Origin: Tubiluchus corallicola
Lineage: Eukaryota; Animalia; Priapulida
Direction of reading: 5' to 3'
Assembly: GCA_030141605.1 (NCBI GenBank)
Contig: JAQGDQ010000136.1
Location: 372,001-436,000 of the forward strand
DNA: 64,000 bases
The notes beneath the pieces are model-generated. The model made no database searches. It was not told the DNA's origin and worked only from the letters and a program-made list of their open reading frames with translations. This document shows, piece by piece, positions 40,817 through 52,800 of this stretch. Each line of letters starts with the position of its first letter. The first letter of the stretch is position 1. Both the position numbers and the translations under genes were made by a program.

Positions 40817-43800
40817 CCTCTCTCTCTCCCCTGCCCTTCACTTTCACACTCTCTCCCCTGCCCTTCACTTTCACACTCTCTCCCCCTACCTCCCATCCTT
40901 TCCCAATGTGACAGAGACAGTTTGCAAGATTTGATCAAACCCAAGATTTTTATCAGATTCAACATGATAAATAACACTGCAGCTGAGATGAACAACTGAA
41001 AAAATGCTCTTTTTAACAACTATAATATACGTTTAGAAAACGTTATTAATGTCAGCATTACCAAGTTCAATGTTCACAAATTTTCTTATCAATAGATACT
41101 TGCAATACCTCTAATAATACTTAGAAATTGACCTATCTATGAAAAGGTCAACGTACCATCCATAAGAGTTTGACCCTCGAAATAAGGCAGGTTTATGTGT
41201 GTTTCATGAAGCGGTTTGCCAAAAAGTGGTTCGGTGATAAAGTCTTCACCTAGTTAACAGATGGCAATACATAACACAAAAGAACTAACGAAAATCCTTT
41301 GGTAGAAAAATAAGAAAACTGCATGTAAATCAAAAGCTTGAATATTAAAACGAAGAAAAATTTTCTATATGAAATTTGATGTATACAAAACTTAATAAAA
41401 CCTAAATTTAAAGAAAGCCAAAAGCAGATAATTCAAACTTTTCAGAGTTTTTGGAAAAATTTCTCCTTATTCGGCACAAAACTATGTGAAAGCTTTTTAT
41501 TAATAAAAAAAAATCGATCGATGAATAGCAAGACATGCAAGTGTTTTAGCAAAAACAGCTCCACAAAGCATACCTAGCAAACCATAGCAAAGCATGCCTA
41601 GAATACCAGCAGATGCAAAGGAAAAGCATGATAGAAAATTAGATTAACCTAAAAACTGGTACGTGCAGTGCCCTCTGGCAGTCATCCATTTTAACTCTAA
41701 TTATGTTACTAAACGAGCAGTGACATCGAACAGAATATCATCAAGCTGGAGGTCATACAGAAGTGGAAAAATGCATTCATCACATTTCAACAAACTTTTT
41801 ACTAACCCACAGATGAACCAACTACCTCTCAGTTTTAATCATGTTTAAAATTTTAACTATAGCAATAAACCAAAATTGGCAAGTTTTCATAATGAAGAGA
41901 AAAATACCAACAATATATGAAAAATGGAGGCCTTATCTCAAATTGCTGCAGCAATAGCTTACAAAAACAGAAAGGTCCCAGGCACATAACAGGTGGACAC
42001 ATTTAGAAATATCTTTACATACACAATGAAGATTCACCAAACCATATGAAAAATAAACATGATAAGGAAGAGTTATTGTAAATAAAATGGAGTATAATTA
42101 AAACCCTCAAGTCTACCAAATATGAGGTAAAAATGCCATAACCTAGGACAGATGATCAATGATTAACGAAAGAAACTCTAGATCAAACGTTAGATCAAAT
42201 ATTGCAAGCTGTTATTAAGTCACACAACTACAGGCGCATTCACTGTTAGCCATACACACAATGCAAACTCACTCATTACCATATCCTTAACACTGCCTGT
42301 GACTAACCACACTCAACACATGAAATAAATCAACTACACAGTAACAAATTCAATAATTCTGCTTAGAAATGACAAGACTTTATGTTAACAAAAACATAAA
42401 TGACATGAACATAACATAATTTATTCGGAAGTTTCAGCAGAGGCTGACCAGTCATTTTTGGCCAATTTGTGTCCAAAAAAACAAAAGATAACGAATCAAA
42501 TAATTAAACTGCAAAAATATAAACAAATTACTTGCTGTTTAATTATAAGAACCATTCTGTTTTATCATTTCTTAGACAGATTGCCTGAAATGGTTGCCAA
42601 GTGATTGAAACTGTTCTGAATAACTATATTGTGTTCACAACATTGTTGATGTTTTGGTTTTTAAATTTTAGTACCCTAAACTATAAAATGATTGACCACT
42701 TTAAGAGCATTAGTAATTACTTATTCAAATATTGTGTCTGGATATTTCGTGCTTCTTTCTGAGCAAATCTTTATTTTATATTTTTAAGCAAACATAAGAT
42801 GTTTAACCACTTCTTCAAGCCTATGGTTCATATTATGCTGGTGTTGGTACACATATTTTGCAAGCTTTATTCCACAATAACTTAAGTTTATTGTATTAAG
42901 TTTACTGATATAAGAATAAGGCCAGGTATGTATCATAAACGTTCTGTGTAAAAACTGTAAAACTAGTCTAATCTAATGCAAGAAATCATTTTCTGTGCAG
43001 TAAATGTATGTATGCATGTCAATCATGCAACTAGACCCTAACGTGTGTTAGTTGTAAATGTAAATGTTTATATAAAATAGCCCCCTAAATAAAACACAGG
43101 CAATTCATGGCTGAAAACTAATTAGAATTTTCAGGACAAGACAGTATGCAACACTTTCGGACCACAACTACACGTTAGTGTAAAGCCAAAATGTTAATTG
43201 TCATTTTAAATGCCTAACATTATTGACAAGCAACACTTGGCATTAAGAACCTACCTCCTTCATCTTCCGAATCAGACATGAATGTCTCTTGCATGGTTTC
43301 AGGGGCAACCATTTGGTATTTCTCCTCGGTAGTAGTGGTTGTTGTGGTGATAATCGTCGTCTCAGTGACAATCTTCAACGTCTCGACCACAGAGATGTAC
43401 CCGAGGCGCTGTGCAATGGAGATAGCTGACTGACCTCCTTGAGTGAGAGCATTCGGGGAGGCTTTGTGCTTCAATAGTAGGTCTACAACCATGCGGTGCC
43501 CTTGTTGAGCCGCCTGGTGCAGCGGTGTGTAACCAAGCTTAAATAACAAACAATGTCACATAAATATGAACACTGGATATTGCACTTTTAATTATGGGGA
43601 CTTTTAATTATTTACTCTGATTTTTTGACATAACACTTTCACAGAATTGCACATTAACTTTCATGCTACAAAAGCAGATATAGTAAAATGCACAAATTTG
43701 TATGTCCATTTGCCATTAAACTGGAACTTGAAACTGGAAGTTTGGAATCAGTCAAAATGAAACATTTGTTAGATTCAATAAGATTAGCAGCATAAAATCA

Positions 43801-46800
43801 AATTTTTAAATTGCACTGCACACTGGAATGATGTATTAAAATTGAGAATCAAGGCTGTACCGGCTACAAAAAGTATTTCGCCCATTCCAGTCACTCTCAG
43901 TAACATTACTAATTCTTTATTTTTAGAGTTTAAATAAAAAAACTAAAAAGACACAGCTTTCATAAACCATATTTCTGACAATAACAAGACATCTTTCTAA
44001 ACAAATCTATAAAAGACTAAGAAATATCCTGGCAAAGATAATGCACTAACAGCTTGGAAATGATTTAACCAGTTCATATAAACCAGTGCAAAAAAATTCG
44101 AGCAGTAATCATCGGTCATTACATGCGATACCACTAAGCAGCTAACTAAAACTATGGTCATGAACTTATAAAAAGCAATAAGCCTGACATACCACTGTCT
44201 TTGCATCAACAGAAGCTCCATTCTGAATGAGCCACTGTATCATGTTGATTTGTCCAAAGTGACAAGCCACATGAAGAGGGGTATAGCCGGCATTGGTGTA
44301 TGGGTCGATCTCTGCATCATGCTTGAAGAGAAGCTGTGCAACGTTCACTCGATCTTCTTGTGCACAGAGGTGCATGGGTGTCAGACCATTCTGAAATAGT
44401 CAACAATGGTAAACGAGTTAGCCAAAAATTTGCTGCTGTATAGTGAGTGTCCTTAGTGGTTGTGAAACAATATCAAAATAATCAGGTAGGAGTACTGTAA
44501 ATTACAATGAATCATCCACGTCAATAATAATAGTACCAAAAGTCAACTTTTGTTTAAACAAAGTGGAAACTAGATATTAGAAAAGTGTGCACGCCAAATT
44601 TAACTGAAGTAGGTGAAATTTACTAGGTTGGGTGTACAACATAAATTTACAAATTTACGTTGTGCTTTAATTTAACTAACAATAACTTACACTAACCGAG
44701 TAAAGTGTAAACTAGTTTTATCTTTAATTCCTAAAACTAATTATACAATTTATAAACATAATTGCGGAATTTAGCAGGAAAGAAAATATAGTTTATGAAA
44801 ACGAATATACAAATTTGGCAGGTGCTAAAGTTTATGAAAAATTTGAAAAATGTTGAATTTAAATGGATCTTGCATCTGAATGCTAGAAGGTGTTTATACC
44901 GAGTTTGGCTAGCATGTAACTATATGGAATTAGCCCGACACGTTGGGCCAACTATAAAGAAGGCCATGTTTATAAGAGAGCGGACCAAAACTACTTAAAA
45001 CATTTCTTGTTTGAAAAAGTTCAGTTGATTGACTCACTAAGTTCAGTGTGTACTGACTTTGTTCAATACAATAATGCTAGTGATAAAATAATGTAACAAT
45101 AGCGCACCTTTGCTTTAGCATTTACGTCTGCACCATTATCAATGAGTAACACAACCATATCAGTCCAGCCTTCCTGGGATGCGAGGTGAAGAGGCGTAAA
45201 ACCAGCCTTTGATTCAGCATTCGGTTTAGCTCCGTGTTCTAGCAAGGTAGTCGCAATGTCCATCTGATTCTTCTTAGCAGCAATATGTAGAGGAGTGTAG
45301 CCATTCTAAACAAAATTACAGAAAAATGGGAATTAAAAAAGGAAAACTGATGGATTTTGTGAAAAATTTTGAGAAAATATGACTAACTATGCAAACAAAC
45401 TTGTCAGAAGGATTAAAACTGCTTTTTATGTTTGAATGTTAACTCAAATGACCTCAAAACAGTAACACAAATCTGTTATTTACTGGAATTCTGATAAAGC
45501 AATACTACCGAACATGGCTTACTTTATCTACTTCAAGCAAAACGCTAATAGTTAGTGACCCAAGTGAGTCATTATATTTAACAGATGAGTCAATGTGAGA
45601 CGTAAATAAGACAGTATTAATAAGGAAACTTTTCTTACCTTAGCTGCAGCATGAGGAGAAGCTCCTGATTCCAGCAACAATAAAGCAACGTTTACATGAT
45701 CATAATGTGCAGCAACGTGTAATGGAGTGACACCATTCTTGCCCTGTGCGTCTATAGGTGCACCTCGCTGCAGAAGCAAACGTGCCACTTTCATGTTTCC
45801 ATATTTTGCTGCCAGATGGAGAGGAGTAAACCCTTTCTGTAAAATGAAAAATATAACGCTCGATGCATATATATCAATCAGGATTTTACCATTTTGCATG
45901 TTAAATTTGTCAAAAAATATTGATGCCAGCTAAATCAGCTATAGACTAAACAAAATTTCTGGCATCTTTTTGGCACACACACATATATCCTGACCTTTAC
46001 ATGGTTTTTACAATCTCTTCTGTCAAAATCTGTGAGAAAAGTCATTTAAACTCTCATGCAATTGGCGATCACACACAAAATATGTAAAAAGGCCCTCATT
46101 GACAAGCTTGGCTTAGAAAATTAATAAATGAAAAACTATTCACTGAGCATTACAAAAACTACAATACCAATTTTGAGATTTTCAACAATTTTCAATGAAG
46201 TACTTTACTTTGTGCAGTTTCTATAGCATTGTTAATGTTTTACTATTCGAAATTTATACAAAGAAGCAATATAGCATATTACCGTGTTCTCAAATTTTGA
46301 TGCCTCAAACTAATCAATATAACAGTCTTTGCTCTTACTTATGCCAATTCAAATTTAGCCCCATATATCAGTAAACGTTTTACGCTTCACTACCTTGGTT
46401 GTTAGGTCAATTGTGGCACCATGATCGAGCAATACGCTAGCGACCTCTTCCTGCCCTTCCTTGGCAGCGATGTGCAGAGCCGTATAGAGGTCGTTGGTAG
46501 TCGCATCGGGTGACGCACTATGCTGTAACAGTAGCATGACGATATCTGTATTGCCAAGTCGGGCAGCAATGTGTAACGGAGTCTGGTTCTCCTAAAATGT
46601 GACACAATAACAATGAGTGGCTTACAAAAAATAAACACAACAAACTTCTAATACTGGAAAACAAGAGGCAAGCTTATTAAAATAAAACATGAAAGCAATA
46701 TTGAATTCATTCACTTTATTTGCTAGTCATAAATCCTACATTTGAGTTTGCTAAAAAGAAATGCATTAAATACTATATTGCTACCTAAAGAAACCCACAG

Positions 46801-49800
46801 CAATATAAATTATCTTCTACTGGGTTTATGGTTTCTCCTCTTGGCAGTTGCTAAGGGCAACGGGAAGCCAGAATGCAAATGTAATTACATCTATAAAACA
46901 CCAGGAGTAAATGAGAGACTAATCCCAGCTTGGCTGAAATTAATCAACCTAATACAGAATATCATGATGCTTGAACGATGCTAACATTACAAATGCCTGT
47001 GCAAAATGAAATGAAAATCTACTTTATAATACCTAATTATTATTATTAAAAATGTTCTAAGAAACAAAATAATAAATGATCTCACTAAAAGCTAGTTGTT
47101 ACTATTATTAGCATAATGTGAGTGCCATGATACCAAATAAGTTCTAATTTCTCTAATCCGATTTTTTACACAAGTAATTATCAATTTCTACGTCATAAAA
47201 TATTATTAGTCATCTTGTTCATCAAACCTGAGAAAGAGACAGTTCAAAATGTGCAGTTCTTAATAATTTATCTTGATTCACCGAAGCTTTTGCTGCTACA
47301 TTTCATGATGCTTGCAAAAAATCTGGGTGCTTTCGTCAGTAGTTTTCATCCCCATCTTCTTCAACATAGCAGATTCTCAACACACCTTTTGGCCACATAA
47401 AGCCCATAACAGTCAGTCAAGGATAGCTAAACCAACTTTTGCTGCATGCCTTCCCTTATCTTTATTTGCCCTTTATTCTGCTGTCTTTACATTTAATTGC
47501 ATTACTTGTAAAAAAACTAATTCTTACCCTAGCTCGAGCATCCACATTGGCTCCATTGCGTAGCAGAATTCTAATAATGTCTGTCTGATTAGCTCGAGCA
47601 GCAAGGTGCAAAGCGGTCTCCCCGCGCATTGTGGGCGTGTCTGGAGAACTACCTCGCTGAATCAGGTAGATAACGATGTTCATGCAACCCATGAATGAGG
47701 CAACATGGAGTGGAGTCAAGCCAGACTGAAAGTATATAGATAGTTTAAAATATTAAGTGTCAATGTGCTGCATGAAATGGGTTGGTTGCAAAAACTTAGA
47801 AATTTATGTTCTCCAACCAAAGAGTCATTGTGCTTTGAGCAACTAAAGTTTAAGCAGAACTGTCGTTCATTACACATGGTATATACGTAAAGCTCTATAT
47901 AAAGCACAGAAGTGATCTTTTGATGAAGACATTTAATGGCAAAATTTTGGCGCCCTTTTTTGATAGCCAAGTTACCAGAAATTTTTCTATTAAATACAGT
48001 CATACCTCGGTTTTCGAACATCACACTGCTACCAACACGTAAGGTTTTTCCATGCAGGAATAATTATGTTTTTCTTTCTAAGGAATTCTATTATGTTTTT
48101 CTTATCAATAATATCACATCTACTGTTTGAATAAGCATTTTTGCATTATTATATTTCGTTTTAGTAATACTTTACAGTTCATTTAGTGCTTGAGAATGGA
48201 TTATTTGCTCTTACATTATTTCTTGGGAATAAATGAGTCGTACTCAACCAAATCGGTTTTCAAACACTTTTTCGGAACGAATTACGGTCGAAAACCGAGG
48301 TATGACTGTACTTTATCCAAAAAAAACTCGTCATGGTTTTCTTAAAGGCACAGATGCATGATTTCAGTTTAAAACTACAGAATTTCCAGCATATATAGTT
48401 TCAGTAAAGCATTCGGCTCGTTGAATAATCTAATATGGTGCAGACAAAATTTGCAGTTAATGTAACATAATTAAGCAGGTTGGTGACAGCTTTAGGCTCC
48501 ATAAAAATGATCTAGTCACTCAAGTACGAAGGCCTTAGAAGAAAAAAGCCCAAAAGTTAGTTGAAATTTATGCAATTCTGCTTTGGTGAAACACTAAGTG
48601 AGTTATCCTTATCATATATTACATGGGAATAAAAAAGTTCTTAGTACAATACAATGCAAAATATGAGGGTACACAGTACAATGAAATATTTTACAAAAAT
48701 GACCAAGATATAAAACCACAAAAAGTTACCAGAAAGACATTTGTTGCAGAAAACAGGAACTAAAATTAAGAAATTTAATGCACATGGATAAAACTATAAA
48801 GAATAACGATGTCAAAAATGCATAACTTAAAAAAGCAGCAGAAGCATTAAAGCATATTTGCAGTATAGTATTTGTGGATTTTCAAATCATCATAATGGTG
48901 ATCTAAATATTTGAAAATAATCATTATAAAATTTGATATGGAGCAAATGCCGTGAAAAAGAACATCAAGCACTCGCAGAAAAAAAGATGTGCAATAACGA
49001 TAAAGTTACCTGCACATATTCTAGAACAAACTGAAAATAAGATGGAAAGGAAATAAGCAAATCATAACTGCTGCCAGTAAGCAAACAAAAGCTATGATGC
49101 AATTAACAAACATACTGCAGCAAAGTTTGGGAAATTTAAGTTACGATTAAATAATGTGTTTACTGCCTGGTCGTATCTCGGACGAAGGGAAAAAGTGATC
49201 TTTCCCGATCTGGAACTCTGATAGGGGTCAAAAAGTTATATGTAGAAATGAAATGAGAATTATTTAGTCTGCTAAGTTAGAATTGCATAATGCAAGACTG
49301 ATGTGCAAATGTGAACAGTGTTAACATAACACAGGGTTTCTGCTAATCAATAAATGAGTCACAGAACAATCTAAACAGCAGTTAATTTACAATTTACCAG
49401 TTCACTGTTTATCTACAGAAGGCAATAGTTTGGGCAACTCCATCAAAGTAAATCTTCTTCAACACTCATCTCTTGTTGTTACTTATTTTCAAAAAAAGCA
49501 TAAAAACACAAGAGGCTAACAAACTCACTCAAAAAACTGAAACTCAAATCACAGACATACAGCAACATGAAAAGAGAATACATTGGCCAAATGATCTCAT
49601 TCCTACCTCAGTTTTTGCCTCAATCGAGGCTCCATATTTGAGCAGTAACTCCACCACCTTGATGCGGTTCTTCTTGCATGCAATGTGCAGTGGCGTGAAG
49701 CCATTCAGGGCACGTGCGTTCACCTCACATTTCCACTCCAACAACAACTTGGCAACTTTGACATGGCCGTAATGTGCAGCAACATGAAGAGCTGTGAGAA

Positions 49801-52800
49801 AATCCTGAAACAAGCAAAAAATACGATAAGGTTTTCATTTTTGCACCGAGAGGCAAAAAGTCAACAGAAAAATGTACAGAAGTGGTCAAATAAACTGACA
49901 ATTCTGATACAAATGTTTATTACATCTTTAAAACATCGCAAGCCTGTTCAGTTAAAAGAAGAGCCTAAAATAATGCATTTGCAGGCATCTGTCGACATTT
50001 TTATAAACTATCAACTGTACAATCAATTTATATTAATATAAGTTTAGTTGGAAAATATGCTCAAATCATGTCTCATGAATAATGAAAAACACACTGCAAC
50101 AAGTTACAAGCAGCTTTGAATAGGTGCACAAAGTTCTGTACTATCAGTAGTAGACACATGGTTGTTGTCAGAGAATACAAATGACACAGAGGTGTCAAAA
50201 ATCATAATAAAAATAAACAGTTTTATTATTCTCAGACTTGACAAGTGACTATCTTGCATCAGATGAAGGGAATTTTAGTCTGTTTTTGAAATTTTTCATT
50301 GAATAAGCCCAACAAATCCAAAAAATAGCACAGATGAGGTCTTACAACCAAAAACTAAGTTAGTGCCATACCCGTAGGCCTATTTCCTAATGGGGCTAGG
50401 AATGTCTCAAAGTTCTGCCAGAACCAGAACTTTGAAACCGAATTCAAATCGAAGCAATTCTACGTTACTTTCGATACAACCCAATTCCGCACAGTTTTTA
50501 AAAAACCATTTGTTGAGCTTTAGCTGCAGAAGCAATTCGGTAGCGCTTTATTACAAAAGCAAATATACACTCTTTTACCTTTAAATTTTTCCACAAAATT
50601 ACTTAAATCGCCGCCTGTTTTGGTAATTTTGTCCCACTTGATATAAGAAATGTCGCAATATTCAATTTCCTTATATGTGCTCTTCAAATCCTTGAAAGCG
50701 CTCACCACGTTACGACTTAATTGCTACTTTGGGCAAAAATGTTAAGATTTCTTTTATCTTTTTAGCAGAACTAAATAATAGTTTCCACTATTGCAAAACT
50801 GCTGTCAATTGTGCTGCTCACAGCTCAGTCAGGTCATCTGTAATCTTTTTTCATGAAAATCATCAGCTGCTTTATCAATCATCCATAATTTGTGGATCGA
50901 TTATAGTCAAACTAAAAAATCAATATTCAAATTCGATTCGGTTTTGCAAATTGTTTTAAATTTTTTACATTAAGATTCAGATTTGATCAGGATTTGAAAA
51001 TTATTTTAAACTGAGATTCAGATTCAGTAATTTCAGATTCTTGACATCCCTAATGGGGGCAATCATTGGGTATTTTACTGTTACGAAACCAGTTAACTCA
51101 AACTTCTCTTTTTGGAGTATATCTGAATTATTGTTACTGACACTAAACTGACACTGAATGAGTAGAAAAGATCATTCACAGGCAAAACAATACAAGTTTT
51201 ATATATGACAAATAACCATCAAGTTCAATGTTTTACTGTCATTAGCAGCAAATCCTACTAATTAAACATTAGTAAAACGGAACTTAAATGTACTTACGAT
51301 TGTAAGCTCATCCACGGGAGCTTTGTGGTGCAACAAAACCCTAGCGGCTTCAACATGGTCACCTTGGGCGGCCATATGTAAAGGAGTTAGTCCGTTCTTG
51401 GTCTTTGCCGATATTGGCGCCCCTCTTTCTAACAGCAAATCGGCGACCTGATGATGCCCACTGCGTGCAGCACAGTGCAGTGGAGTTAATTCATCCTGTA
51501 GAAGTAACAATGACATTCTAATTAGTTTCATAAATTCTGCTCTTGGTTACCTAGACTATTATACAGCAGTGTTTTTAAATAGTTTTTTACAAAATCCCAA
51601 TAATGAAATATTTGATCTTAGTAGGTTATGTGGTACAGAAGGGGAAAACTAATAACTGATTTTTAACAAAAATTAAACAACCAAACAACAAGTGTTTCCG
51701 AATTTTTTGTCACGAAATTTCTCTCTGACAGGAAACTCACAAGTATGAAATGCCTTGCCAGTTGCTGTCGGCAAAAAATTGCAAACTATCTGACACTAAT
51801 TGAACATGCTTGATAGAGATGGAATGTTTAGTCCAAACGCGTCACTAGTTCGGATAATTCAGTTGACTAGTAACCGACTCCCAGATAATTCTAGTTCAAT
51901 GACAAAAGGTCTGGGTTACAAATACCTGGAATTCGACCCACTCAAGTAAATACATGCACAAACACATGGAATTCGACCCACTCTAGTAAATGCATGTACA
52001 AGTAAATTAGTTAAAAAGCATTATTGCAAAAATAAAATACATACTGCCTATAGTATTTCAATCATATTTCAGTTAAGAAAATCAATATCAAGATCCCAAT
52101 CCAGTAGCCATTGTGCAGCCATTGATTAATATTAACAAAAATTTAGTGCAGCTGAGAAAAAAATCTGTAATCCTCATCCTGCACAAAAACAAACAAACTT
52201 AAAACCTACCCTGGTTTTTACATCAATTAGTCCGCCCTTGTCTAGGATTAAAGTAACCATATTCACTTTTCCCCATTTTGCTGCTACATGCAGTGGGGTG
52301 ATATTATGTCTTGCTCCATAGTTTATATCAGCTCCACGGGTGTGCAAGAGTGCTGCAACATTCGTGTTACCATAATGTGCAGCAATGTGAAGTGGAGTGA
52401 ACCCTGATTTTGACGTGACGTCCGGATTGTGGTCATTCTGCAGCAGTAGTGCAGCCGCCTTGCAGTCGTCTTTTTTGGCAGCGATGTGGAGGGCCGGCAA
52501 CCGGACTTTCCCACGGGTGTCATTCTCTAGGAGTACGGTGACGACCTTTTCATGTCCTTGCTGAAGAGCAACAGCAAGAGGAGTAAAGCCATCCTGAAAA
52601 TTAGAAAATAATAAATTATTAGAACAAAATGAATGTTTTACAACTTTAAATTGTAATCAATTTCATTAACTAGACAATTTAACACTGGAGCAGACAAAAA
52701 AGTTTTAATTTTAATCATGGAAAGTAAAAATACATTTCAGCAGTTGTAAATGAAAAATAATATTAAAGTGTGTTCCAATCTACTGTAAAATAATGTCATT

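Noticed and set aside
40549-41019. RE-rich and SL-rich ORFs of 102-156 aa
   Set aside because: Translation artefacts of the (CT)n microsatellite.
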